A stretch of DNA of 63,954 nucleotides, the filler included, from Sphacelaria rigidula (taxonomy: Eukaryota): assembly GCA_964200075.2 (NCBI GenBank). It is 4 parts of 4 records of this genome, joined end to end, with 100 filler letters (N's around TTAATTAATTAA, not from the genome) between each part and the next. Parts side by side here need not be neighbours in the genome. Positions count along the whole stretch, not along the records: positions 32,040 to 47,949 come from CAXNAA020001551.1; positions 48,050 to 63,954 come from CAXNAA020001553.1; 2 more parts are not named here. One strand, 5' to 3'. Made by a program: the position numbers and the translations under genes. The notes beneath the pieces were generated by a model. The model ran no database searches, was not told the origin of the DNA, and saw nothing but the letters and a program-made list of their open reading frames with translations. Of the stretch, positions 37,660 through 48,461 are shown piece after piece. Numbering within the stretch: position 1 is the stretch's first letter; each line of letters begins with the position of its first letter.

Positions 37660-38260
37660 TTCCATTAGCATGGTGTATGTTGGCAGACAACCTGAAATCG
37701 ACACCACAGGCCCGATTTCGACGAAAACACGCTCTCGACGAGCAACTAACCCCAATCCAAGGCGTACGGGACCCTCGGACAACGGGGGTACACACGTTCC
37801 CCTAGGCATAGCGTGCGTTGGCAGACCTGAGATCGATGCCGCAGGCGCCGATTTCGACAAAAACACGTTCTGGACGAGCAACTAACCCCGACCCAAGCGT
37901 ACGAGACCCTTGGACAACGGGGGTACATGCGTTGGCAGACCTGAAATCGATGCCGCAGGCGCCGATTTCGACAAAAGCACGTTCTCGACGAGCACCTAAC
38001 CCCGACCCAAGGCTTGCGAGACCCTCGGACAAGGGAGGTACATACGTTACCCTAGGCATGGTGTGCGTTGGCAGACCTGAAATCGACGCCGCAGGCGCCG
38101 ACTTCGACAAAAACACATTGTGGACGAGCTGGGTCCACTGCTCACCTGCCCCAAACCATAAACTTTGTCGGAACTTTCTCAAGTCAAAAATCAAGTAGCC
38201 ATGTTCTCAACCATAAATCTACGACCAAAGCTCTAGGTGTACTGATTTTCTCTTGAAAAT
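37660..38260 (+). repeat. Tandem array of ~4 x 115-135 bp units with CTAACCC motifs
   Basis: The unit 'cgttggcagacctgaaatcga.gccgcaggcgccgatttcgacaaaaacacgttctggacgagcaactaaccccgacccaaggcgtacgagaccctcggacaacgggggtac' recurs at ~37675, 37815, 37930 and 38065. Confidence 0.85.
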
Positions 38261-39104
38261 GAATGAACAGACCGTGGCGGCGATGTGATGCAGCAGGGAT
38301 ATGCATGTCATGGGTTCAGAGCTTGCGGGACGAGATGGTGTGGCTCACTTTCATTTTTAAAGAGAAAATAATGCGGTAACGCAGTTTGAGATAACTCCAC
38401 TGGTTTCCGGAGATATCCTTGAATCGGTTCCGGGATGGGAAGAGCCAAATATCATACCAGGATACCGGGACGCCGAGTTTGAGATACCTCTATGAAGCAC
38501 ATGCCCCCATGCACACGACAACACAAAATGCCCGTGTGCAAGTTCCAGCTCGGCTGTTTCGGATTATCCATGAGCCCTACGGAAGCGTAGCACCGACCTG
38601 CTACGGTACAACACTGACGGGAAACAATCAGCGAGAGATGAAGAGAGATGGAGCAAGATTGAGAAAAAACGAGAGGAGAAGCACACCGAGGAAGCGATGG
38701 AACCCCAGGACAGAGTAAAGCAGGCACCAGAGCACCAGAGCACAACAAGGGAACACCGCATGAAATCAGTGCGAAAAATTACCATGAATTATATGCGAGC
38801 TGATCATCGACGAACGGGCAGTAACACATTCTTAGTGTTGGTGGGTATAATTAATGGTCTTTCGGGTAGTCGCTTCCACGAGGAAAAATAATACCCATGA
38901 TTCGATTATGCACATATATGATTTGGAGGTCTCCGCCTCTCCCATTTACTCTGCACTAAAGGTTGCACCGTACGACACGGAAAAAAACACACGAACATCA
39001 ATTATATAAATTGTACGGATTCTTGATCCGTGCAGAATACAAAGATGGGCCGAAAGGACGCCATGCCAAATACCAGCCGGGAAAAGGCACGTGCACGGAT
39101 CTCC

Positions 39105-41585
39105 TCACAGGGCTATTTCTCTCGCGTGCAGGGTAAAGCCATGGATACGAGACAGGGAGGAGCAGACGCGTCCATTTCTAGTTTCACGCCAGCCCCCCCC
39201 CTCTCCAGACGTCACATCATCATCCGTTGCCACATCAGATATCGATTCCAACGGTGCCGCTCTGCGTAACCGCTTCATGCTCCTTCCACTCGTGGCGCTG
39301 CTACCGTAGCTCCAGTCTCTGGTGCTGCTAGAGCTGCCACTTCTCATGCCATCACAACTGATGGGTCGCGCAGCAGCTGACTCACTACTCGTGTTATTCC
39401 AGCCAAAACTTTGCGGGAGAGCCATTTGCGTTTCCACCTTCATGCAAATCTCTGCATCATTCAGAGAAACCCCATCAGCTGCCGCTGCGCTGGCGGGCTG
39501 TCCCGAGATAGCAGGTGGTGCGTTCTTCGAAGTTGCCCTACCCCGCCAAGAACCCCTAGCACGCAGGCTCCAATGAGAACCCACGCTACGACTGCCGTCG
39601 CTTGTGTGGACACCGGCACTCGATGTATATTCGGGGGGTTTGCCACACCAATCGATACCGCCACTGGTTCCTCCCTGTGCCAAGTGATCGTGCAAGCGGC
39701 TCCCTCCTCGGATATTACTCGTTGTATCGGACGCCCTGACCAGGTCATGTGCAGCGTGTTGGCGGCAGAAATTCCCGAGTTCCAGTGCCCGGTTGGAACA
39801 GCACTTCGAGGCGAGTTTCTTGCCTTCGATGGAGATCATTCCTGCCTAGCAGCTTCACCGAAAGATGCATGTCTGGAGCAGCCCCCCTCGCCGCATAAAT
39901 TGTCCCTCACTTTGACCATGCCGGCACGTGTGTATGTGGCGCAGAACTCCGCCTTCCTGCTCCCAGCTGCACCTAGCGATGGTCGTTTGGAACAGCCCTA
40001 CTCGCCGCACAACTTCCTCATCATATCGACTATGTCCTCTCGGGCGTGAGCGGCGCAGAGCTCTGCCTTCCTATTCTCTGCTACACCGAACGACAGCTTT
40101 TTAGAGCAGCCCTCCTCGCCGCTTAGCTTGTCTCTCACATTGACCATGCCCGCCCGGGCGTGTGTGGCACAGAACTCCGTCTTCCTGCCACCGATTGCAC
40201 CGAAAGATGCATGTTGGGAGCAGCCCTCCTCGCCGCATGCCTTCTTTCTCATATTGACCATACCCCCTCGGGCGTGAGCGGCGCAGAACTCCGTCTTTCT
40301 ACTACCCGCTACACCGAACAACGGCCTTTTGGAGCAGCCCTCTTCGCCGCACGCCTTCCTTCTCACATTGACCGTACCCGCCCGGGCGTGTGTGGCGCAG
40401 AACTCTGCCCTCTTGCTACTGGCTCCACCCAACGATGCGCGTTTGGAGCAACCCTCCTCGTCGCACTTATTTCCTCCTACCCTGGCAATGCCCGCTCGTG
40501 CGTGTGTGGCGCAGAACTCTGCCTTCTTGCTACCAGCTACACCCAACGATGCTTGTTTGGAGCAGCCCTCCTCGTAGCATATCTTCCTTCTCACAGTGAC
40601 CATACCCGCCCGGGCGTGTGTGACGCAGAACTCTGCCTTCTTGCTACCGGCTACACCCAACGATGCGCGTTTGGAGCAACCCTCCTCACCACACACGTTG
40701 TTTATCACATTGACCATGCCCACCCGGGCGTGTGTGGCGCAAAACTCCGCCTTCCTGCTCCCAGCTGCACCGAACGATGGTCGTTTGGAGCAGCCCTCCT
40801 CCCTTCACACCTTGTCTTTCACATTGACCATGCCCCCTCGGGCGTGAGTGCCGCAGAAATCCGCCTTCCTGCTACCGGGTACACCGAATGACAATCTTTT
40901 GGAGCAGCCCTGCTCGCCGCACTTCGTTTTTCTCACGTTGATCATGCCCGCCCGGGCGTGTGTGGCCCAGAACTCGGCCTCCTTGCTACCAGCCACACCG
41001 CAGGGTACTTGTTTCTTACATTGACCACGCCCGCCCGGGCGTGTGTGGCGCAGAACTCGGCCTTCTTGCTACTGGCTACACCCAACGATGCGCGTTTGGA
41101 GCAACCTTCCCCCTACACTGGTAGCTTTTTACGTTGGCCATGCATGCCCGAGCATGTGTGGCACAGAACTTCGCTTTCCTGTCACCGGCTGCGCCTGAAG
41201 ATGCTTGGCTGGAGCAGCCCTCCTCGCCTCACTGGTCGCTTCTTACGCTCATCAGCTTCGCACGGGCGTGTGTGGCACAGAACGCCGCCTTCTTGGCTAC
41301 GACTGTACCGAACGACGACCTTATCGAACAGTCCTGTTCGCTGCACTGGTCGCTTCTTACATCGACCATACCCGCCCGGGTATGTATGGCGCAGAACTCC
41401 GTCTTCCTGCTACCGGCCACATCTGAAGATGCTTGTTCCAAACAGCTCTCCTCGCCGCACTGGTCGCTGCTTGCATCGACTATGCCCGCCGGGGCGTGTG
41501 TGGCACAGAAACCCGCCTTGCTGCTGCCCGCTACGGCATATGATGTCCTCGTGGGGCAACCCTTGCGGGTACATTCAAAAGACAT
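39105..41585 (-). pseudogene. Intronless EsV-1-7 cysteine-rich repeat gene (~16 tandem 38-aa C-x4-C...C-x2-H repeats), disrupted
   Basis: ATG at 41585 (MSFECTRKGC..). The 114-bp repeats have the consensus CGEEGCSKRASFGVAGSRKAEFCATHARAGMVNVRxKx. In-frame stops lie at 41229 (TGA), 40805 (TGA) and 39998 (TAG), with deletion/frameshifts near 41000 and 39845. A low-complexity C-terminal tail follows. Confidence 0.88.
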
Positions 41586-44500
41586 GCCTCTCACGACTGG
41601 AATGAAGCAGAGTCGAGGCCGTGGGAGTCCCGTTCCGGTTACTGTCCGCACCGCCACACCCGCGCACGGAAACCAGCTGACCAATCCAGCAGCAGCCTGC
41701 ACCAACCAACCAGCAAAAGTAACCATAGATCGTGTCGAAGTGAAGGGCAGGTGAAGCGTTACCATAACGTCGCGGTCGCAAATGGACGCGTGAAATGGGA
41801 TGGACTGACAACTTGGCCGTGGATCCTCAAGTGACAGCGATAGCTACTGCAGCGTTACCGCCAGATGGGGAACAGCTTATTCTCTGAAAGGGCCGTAATG
41901 CTGCGTCTGCTATTGCAGGACAGTGGGGCAGCTGCAAAATGGGATGGATGCTAAACTCTCATGATTCCCAGAAAGTGGAAGTATTGACATCGCCTGGATG
42001 TTTTTTTTGTACATTAGTCGCTCAACATACGACACGCAAACAACTGTTGTGCTGTATGCGCCTCACCTCAGGGGTGACGATAGGTTGGTATCGTTAGTTG
42101 ACGTGCACAATATCTCTCAGTAATACCAAGGTTGGCGTCGAACGCCCATACCAGGCAGATTATGATCAAGAGATGGACAGCACACACCGATTCCTTCCAT
42201 GATGAGCGCACTACCATTCGCGTGGCAGATGTCACTTTTATCCTGTGAGTAGGCAAGGAGTGAGCGATACTAGAGGTACTGACGGCAGGTACTGGCAGGA
42301 GCATTCTAAGTGCGACCATGCGACACCGGCCACGCGGGACACAAGGCAGCAGGACAGCAGCGAGGTATGCCTACATCAGTTGCCTCTACAGCCACCTTAC
42401 CGTGAAGCCAGAACGGTCGGTGGCAATGCACCCTGCCAAAAAGTGGGGTCACTACGTTCTTGTCTGCTGTCCTGAGCATCAACAATGACACGTGTATCTT
42501 CGACTGCGAGGGGTTACCTCGAACGGGCCCGGTAAAGTGATGGACTTCGTAATTTCCCGACACAGTGCCCATTGGTATTGGTAAGGGGTTTCTTGGCAAT
42601 AGTAGACACAGCGCTGCTGCTGCTGTTGCTGCTACGCGGTCTCCATGCTACAGTTCTGCTGCGGCTGCTGCGGCTACTACTGCTTTCGCCGCTAGCTGGT
42701 GGCGTGTCGCCTGTGAATGTGTGTGCGAGTCGTGACGCGTGCTGCGGGCGCTATGGTGCGTCGTCTCTGTTGCGCGCATGTGAACTCAAAAATGTGCTGG
42801 ACCGATGGATCTGGACAGACGTGCTACGGAACTGGTTCTATCTTATAGGCAGGTTATATGGTTCTGCCTGTACAGGTAGAAACGCGCGGGCTGACCCTGG
42901 CGGCGACTTGTCTGCATCGATGGACGAAGCCGAACTATTGTAAAACGCACAGTACAGACGGCAGTACAACGTACAATGCCAAAGAGTGAAGTACAGCACA
43001 GCGTTGTCTTCTCTCTCCCCCCGCTGCCTTCCTCTTCTATGGGAATGACCAAGGATTAGAATACACCAAATTGTCAGAGGGCGTCACCCCTTCCTGCCGC
43101 CACCTCTAAAATTGAACCCTTCGACCGCCAGGGTGGGTCATTTGGTTCTAGCAGTCATTTTTCAAGTAAAACAATGCAATTGCAACGTAGGGCACACCCT
43201 GTTTGTGAAACTTGTCCGTGTTTTCCCGCGAAAAATGGATTAAGTTGCAGCGGAAGGATGCTGTAGAGGCGGTACGCCGCACATGGCAGTACCGATAGAC
43301 TTGACACTACTAAAAAAACAGAAGAGCATGATGCAGTCACCATGATGTTGTCTGTTCCAGTACGCGCCACGCTCTGTACCATTGGGTCCGCAGTGCGACT
43401 CGGTACACAAGAGGCGGCGCTGTTGTGTTCATAATTTGTCGGGGTGAAATAGTCATGGACACAAAACAGTAATGGGCACCGAAACAAAGTTGCTCCGACT
43501 CAGAGCTCTCGTCCTAGTTCGCCCCCCTCCCAGTCTCCTCTGCCTGTGGATTGTTCAGTTCCCTCTTTTGTTGAGGATGGCGACTTGTTTGGGAGACTCC
43601 ATCGATAGGCAGCAGCGTTTATTATTCTTCAATGATATGGAGGCGGTATTTTGGGAGACTAGGCGCCCAAACACAGCACACCTGGCGTCTGATGATGTAC
43701 GTACGTGCGGCTTGAAGCCGCAGGTAGGTGTTGACGTAGCTCCTTCGGCCACCGAAGGCGTTTTGTGCGCTTCGTGGCGTAAAAGGATGATTATGTATGA
43801 TGCTGCGGTGATTCCGAACATATCACTTTCGAATGACAATTCTAGGGCGAATTAATACGGAATCCGCGCCAGGCAGGGGCAGATTTTGCCAGCGTTGTTG
43901 TTCACATTGGCCGCCTATCCGTCAAGGCTGGCACCAAGAGGGAGAATAGCCACCAGTGGAGGTTCTTCGTATCTTGAAGGGAGATGCGTTTGGCATTTAT
44001 ACGCCGTGTCGAGTAAGACAAGGCCGTGCAGCCGAGCCGAAGAGAACAGCGCCTTGTGCCAAGAACCACTGTGGAGCTGTTCGGGGAGGGGACAACGTCT
44101 CCTTCCGGACAATGCCACACTTCGATGGCCGGGTACCACGACGGCCCCACGAGGATAAGGGCGGTTGCTGTAGTATTCTTGATGCAGAATCAACCGGAAA
44201 CACGTTCTGCAGGCGCTCCCACGTCAATACCTTGATCGCTCTCCAACAGTTATCTCATCGCCCTTTCGCGGAGTTTTTTTTCAACATTTCACTTGATTGC
44301 ATAATGAGACAAAATGCAAGTTGCAATTCTCAATTTTCATGAACGGATCGCGGGCATTCCAGCCCCTGCCCAGGCGTTGTTCGCATCGCACAGGTAGTAC
44401 TACAGTTCTCGTTGTACTGCCGGCTAGGAGCACACAGTGTCAACTTCGTCCTGTATTACCTATCAAGTGCTTCCTCCCTCCGCAGTGATATGCATCCTAT

Positions 44501-47089
44501 CATATCCGGCTGCCTCAGCCTGTGCGGAGGCCTTGAGCGCCATTTTGCCGTGCTGATGCTGACCCGTCCCTTCCAAGAACGTCTACCCCTCTAGTTTCAG
44601 CATATGTTAGGCCTTAGAGCATGACTGTGCAATGGACGCCGCGAATTATGAACTGTAATCTCGGTCACATGCCTCCGTGATTTTGAAGAATAAAAACACT
44701 GGGCAGGCTTTGACACCGCAGCTCTCGCCGGCCACGAGTAAGATTCGAGTGCTGGTTTTTGCCTTGTGTGCTTCAACTCGCAACGCAGAGTGCCACTCAG
44801 TCTCTTTTAGGGAAAGTCCCGCGCTCTGCAGAGTAGACGGGAAATTTGATGTTTTTTGAAGATTTTTTGGGTACGCTTCAAGAGCACTTGGAAAAACCAC
44901 AGAAAAACTTAGTGATCCTCTGCGTCACTTGTGTGGAGCTGCATGTAGCGTCTGAGTAGGGAGGGCGTCGCCTGGACGCAACATTTCTCCATGAAGAGGG
45001 TATAGTTTTTGGAAAAATGGAGACGAACATAAGTTGTGTATGATTGGAGAAATGTCGTTGAACAGCTTGGAGATGTTTCGGAGGCTGACAAGCCCTTCCT
45101 GATTCGCATCCCTAGAGTACAGGCAGTACAAATCTGCACAATTTTCAAACCCTCCTCACGTCCTACTATGTGCAAAGTCTGGCCAGTACTGTACTGTCTA
45201 TACTGAACGTTGCCCGCTTCTTTTTTGCATCCAACTGTCCGAAACACACGCGCGAGCGCGCGCGCGCACACACACACACACACCCTACATGCAAACAGTA
45301 CAGACAGTGCAGCAATGTCTGTACTGATGACAAGTGATCATGTACCGCTTCGCGCATTCCACCGTCCTCTTGCATCTGGGCTGGCAACTTCGCTCGGACG
45401 CAAACCACCCAAAACGAACAAATTTGATCGAATCGATTCCGCCGCGTTGTTTTCGTCACATCGAAGATAATTTTGATAGGGCACGCTCTCAGGGGCTGTC
45501 CTCGGTTACAGTTTTCGGAAATAGCTGCACTGTAATTGAACGTATCATGATGTTCACGGTGTCAATGCGGGAGACAGTGTGCGGAAATGGTGAAGTGCGG
45601 TGCAGTCGTCAGTGTATTCACTTGGTCTCGTTCGAAATATGATTTATTGTTGTATGATATTGCGGTTTGGTATGGTACAGCGTCGGAACAAGTACTGTAC
45701 CTTACAAAAAAGGTCGGACGAAATTATCGGTCGTTCGAGTCACCAAACCTACAATTTTTTTCCTGAGGCCTGACATTGCTCGAAAGAGATTTAAAAACAA
45801 AAAAAAGTTGATCGCGGGTGGAGAACGTCTCTGCGCATTTTTTTGCGCTGTTCCATGCGCCTGAGGTGTGCGTACCGGGGGTGAAGAGCTGAAAACAAAG
45901 CCCACGGATTGATTTGAAATAACCCTAAAAGCCAGTGAATTTCAGACGAATCGCTATTCTTCCGACCCTTGGTAATACCCACCAAGGTAAAATGAACACA
46001 TCGCGTTTACCACAGTAATCGGAAACCTCGGAAACGTATTGCGATAATCGCAATTCTCTGCATGCCATAGAGTCAAATGTACTGTACTGTGTGCGTTCAT
46101 GGGTGCATCCTCGTGCAATGAACCACTTCATCGATGTCAGCCCCGGTAGATGATCATCGCATAGGTACAAAACCACGAAAAGCAGGCACGGTGCAACTGA
46201 TGACTCGATTGTGGCACCACTTCCTGAGTCGAGAAATGGCTTTCCCATAGCGTCGATATGCATACTTTCGCCTTAAAGATAAACCCGCCCCGACATGGAA
46301 AATGGAAAACGAGTATCAACTGTGAAATCAATTTCACGTACATTAATTTTGCCCAATATATGCACCTATCACACTGGAATTATTTTTCCGCAGCACTTGC
46401 TCCATTGAAAAACGATTTGGAAAGATCCACACTCACGCTAGAGTATCACGCGGGAACCTTAATCTGCGGTATGTTTCTGCACGGTAAATGGGAAATATGA
46501 CCCACGGTTAATCGATGCTGGATATTCGAGAATTTGGGCTGTACCTGCAAAGAACAAGACTACCGCAGTGAACCGCGTTTAGTTCCCTGCGGTGAAATAT
46601 GCGAGAACAGCCCTGAAAAACGCGAGTCCTATCCACCTCTAGCTAAAATCTGTGAGGGTAGGCTGAAGGCTACGGAGATTTTGTTCAACACTGCGTTTAT
46701 ATATACGTCACCTGAGGGGGTCGATCGGTACTACACCGGTATTTTTTTTTTTCTTCGTATTTTCACATGCGAGTGGGGCTACGATAGGGGTGCATAATTT
46801 TCTTCTGGGCCGGCGTATTGCAGTTAGATACTGACTCGAGCGCACTCGCACTAGTGTAGTTAGGACGAAGTTGCGTCTATCGTCAGGCGACCCACTTACG
46901 GGCATACATCACAGAAAAAAAGCGAAAAATGTCACTGTTTTGTTTCACAGGAGAAAGTACCACACCGTGGCGTGTGACAGTAAATTACATTGTCAAAAAT
47001 GTACTGCGTACAGTATGGAATATATTGTCTACTGCGTTAAACGCAACAAATGATATTGTACGCGGCACACTTTTTCAAGGGCAGGTCGA

Positions 47090-47470
47090 GTGGAGTATGT
47101 ACTCTTGAATACTCGGGTAAAACACCCGAGTATTCACTCTACTTAAATTTTGGGTAGATGGGGTACGGCCTTTGCAACTTTAGAGTAGATTGGGTACGGC
47201 CTCAAATACTCTACTCAAAATTTGGGTAGATTGAGTGCGACCCCACATACTTTACTCAAACATTGGGTAAGTACTCTCAGTAATACTTGAGTGTAGAGTA
47301 TCACTTGGGTATGACCTCAATACTCTACTCAATTGTTGTGTAGATTGAGTGTGGCACATACTCCACTCAAATTTTGGGTAGATTGAGTGCGACCTCAAAT
47401 GCTCTACTCAAATTTTGGGTAAGCACTCTCTGTAATACTCAGATATAGAGTATCACTTGGGTATGATGAG
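47090..47470. repeat. ~41 bp minisatellite-like subterminal repeats
   Basis: The unit 'tactctactcaaattttgggtagattgagtgcgacctcaaa' is repeated about 8 times with a higher-order ~175 bp duplication. Confidence 0.8.
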
Positions 47471-47949
47471 TAGCCATGACCGCCAGTGACTTCGTGACGT
47501 CGCTTCACAGACTATGTTGAATATATGGGCAAACGATGGCCGTCAATTAGATGAGTGACGATACGTCACGAGCTACAATGAGCATGAGGGAATGGTGGCC
47601 ATCAAAAGCAAAAAAAAAAACGCAGGTGAATGAACCTACCTGCCCCAGCTCCCCTGCCCCCACCCATGGCAGTACATATTTCATACCTCGCAACCTCTTC
47701 GATATCAGTTTCAGTACAAAGCGCTACTCATCATTTTTGTTGAGTAATCGAGTAGAGGGGTAGTCGGATAGGTATGGCCAAAACGAGCGATTCTACGGGC
47801 CGCACATCTGACTCCCCCATGGGAGGCCCAGCAATGGAAACAGTGCAAGACGCGGTCTTCAGTTGCTCAACACGGAGTTGCTTTCGGATGGCATGACTCC
47901 AGACAAGGATGGTGTCGGGGGGGTGGGGGGGGGGGGGGGGGGACTAGTT

Positions 47950-48049
47950 NNNNNNNNNNNNNNNNNNNNNNNNNNNNNNNNNNNNNNNNNNNNTTAATTA
48001 ATTAANNNNNNNNNNNNNNNNNNNNNNNNNNNNNNNNNNNNNNNNNNNN
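47950..48049. other. Artificial contig linker
   Basis: N44-TTAATTAATTAA-N44. Confidence 0.97.
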
Positions 48050-48375
48050 CGGGACGTGAACAAAGGTGGCATGAAATCGTTTGATACATTAGACGGTGGG
48101 GAGAAAACGATGGCTGTACTTGGAGATAAATGGTGGCCACAGACGGCGAAACAGAACGGGGATGAAATATGTAAAAGGTGTTTGTGTAGTGTATGGAAGA
48201 AACGTAATGAGCCATGGAAGAAACGTAATGAGCCATGGAAGAAACGTAATGGGCGCCGGAATGTTGAAGGTGTCTCTATCGGGAGTAAGAACGGTGCTCC
48301 GTCTCGAAAGGGATGCGTGGTCAATGGTCACACGACGAAGGCAAGCAATAAATGCGTACGCCCCCTCCCCCCCAC
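48050..48375 (+). mobile_element. LINE family Y 3' end with internal 21-bp triplication
   Basis: Family Y consensus; 'atggaagaaacgtaatgagcc' x3 at 48193-48255. Confidence 0.8.
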
Positions 48376-48461
48376 GAGGAGACGGAGATTTGGAAATAAC
48401 GCCCATTTGTTCCACTGCTTTCGTACACATCTACTTCCTATCCTGGAGAGGTGTGGAGCAC

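Larger units (their letters stand above)
35757..38492. mobile_element. Putative ~2.7 kb non-autonomous TIR element containing nested repeats
   Basis: 21-bp inverted repeat AGAGGTATCTCAAACTCGGCG at 35758 and inverted ending at 38491, with internal 'gtttgagataactc' motifs near both ends. No clear TSD. Confidence 0.55.

Noticed and set aside
39105-41585. Endogenous phaeovirus insertion
   Set aside because: EsV-1-7 repeats are common in host genes, and no NCLDV core genes or gene-dense viral organisation are seen nearby.
39411-41754. Long plus-strand ORFs (212, 243, 215, 206 aa)
   Set aside because: These are antisense shadows of the GC-rich EsV-1-7 repeat sequence.
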